Origin: Strigamia acuminata
Taxonomy: Eukaryota
Assembly (NCBI GenBank): GCA_949358305.1
Contig: OX442314.1
Coordinates: 22,072,001-22,136,000 of the forward strand
Direction of reading: 5' to 3'
Length of the DNA stretch: 64,000 bases
How positions within the stretch are numbered: position 1 is the first letter of the stretch; each line of letters begins with the position of its first letter. The notes under the pieces are model-generated. The model saw nothing but the letters and a program-made list of their open reading frames with translations. It had not been told where the DNA came from and searched no databases. Shown in pieces: positions 63,720 through 64,000 of this stretch. The position numbers were made by a program, and so were the translations under genes.

Positions 63720-63770
63720 AGGCCCACGTGACTGTGTTTGTGCGCACTGCGCATGCGCGCGCTCAAGAAC
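63720..63770. promoter_or_regulatory. NRF-1/Ewg-type motif in a GC-rich, promoter-like island at the window end
   Basis: tgcgcatgcgcg at 63748-63759 matches YGCGCAYGCGCR; cacgtg at ~63725; (cactc)n at ~63881-63905. No associated gene is visible in the window. Confidence 0.4.
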
Positions 63771-64000
63771 CCTGTTGCATGCATTGAAAGAGTACCAGTG
63801 GCTAAGCCGAGCTTGACAAGCGAGGTTGGGTTCGAGCAGACGCCACTGACTGCTCTCCCTTCCTCCAATCTAATCCAGTACACTCCACTCCACTCCACTC
63901 CACTCCTCCACCCCCGTCGAAGTAAGTCGGTGAACCCCCGGTTTCCCTCAAGCTGCAACTCGTGCCAAGTGACAGCCTGAAGACAAGAAGCCCGCACACT

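Overview
AT-rich, intron-rich animal genomic DNA, probably an invertebrate/arthropod given the ~60-bp minimal introns and Dacapo-like motifs; the species cannot be determined from sequence. All gene models were assembled by hand from GT-AG sites and exon phase. Recognisable genes: (1) a Tubby/king-tubby gene on + (exons 9868-16697; N-terminal exons not found); (2) a Cip/Kip CDK inhibitor of the dacapo/p27 type on - (36218-31680, plus a non-coding last exon); (3) a secreted protein with two VWC-like Cys-rich modules on - (56893-54945). There is also a decayed, RT-less Ty1/copia element (51119-53279), several MITEs and minisatellites. Unexplained structure worth following up: (a) three tandem two-exon genes (18157-21604, -) sharing a phase-1 intron and an unrecognised duplicated CxC..CxCCxxC domain; (b) an 83-nt, 95%-identical antisense copy of gene C coding sequence in the predicted 3' UTR of gene B; (c) a ~3-kb stop-free in-frame extension of a Tubby exon that fills almost the whole following intron; (d) a strongly diverged second CKI-like exon (41124-41364, +), head-to-head with the canonical one and lacking the RxL cyclin-binding motif.
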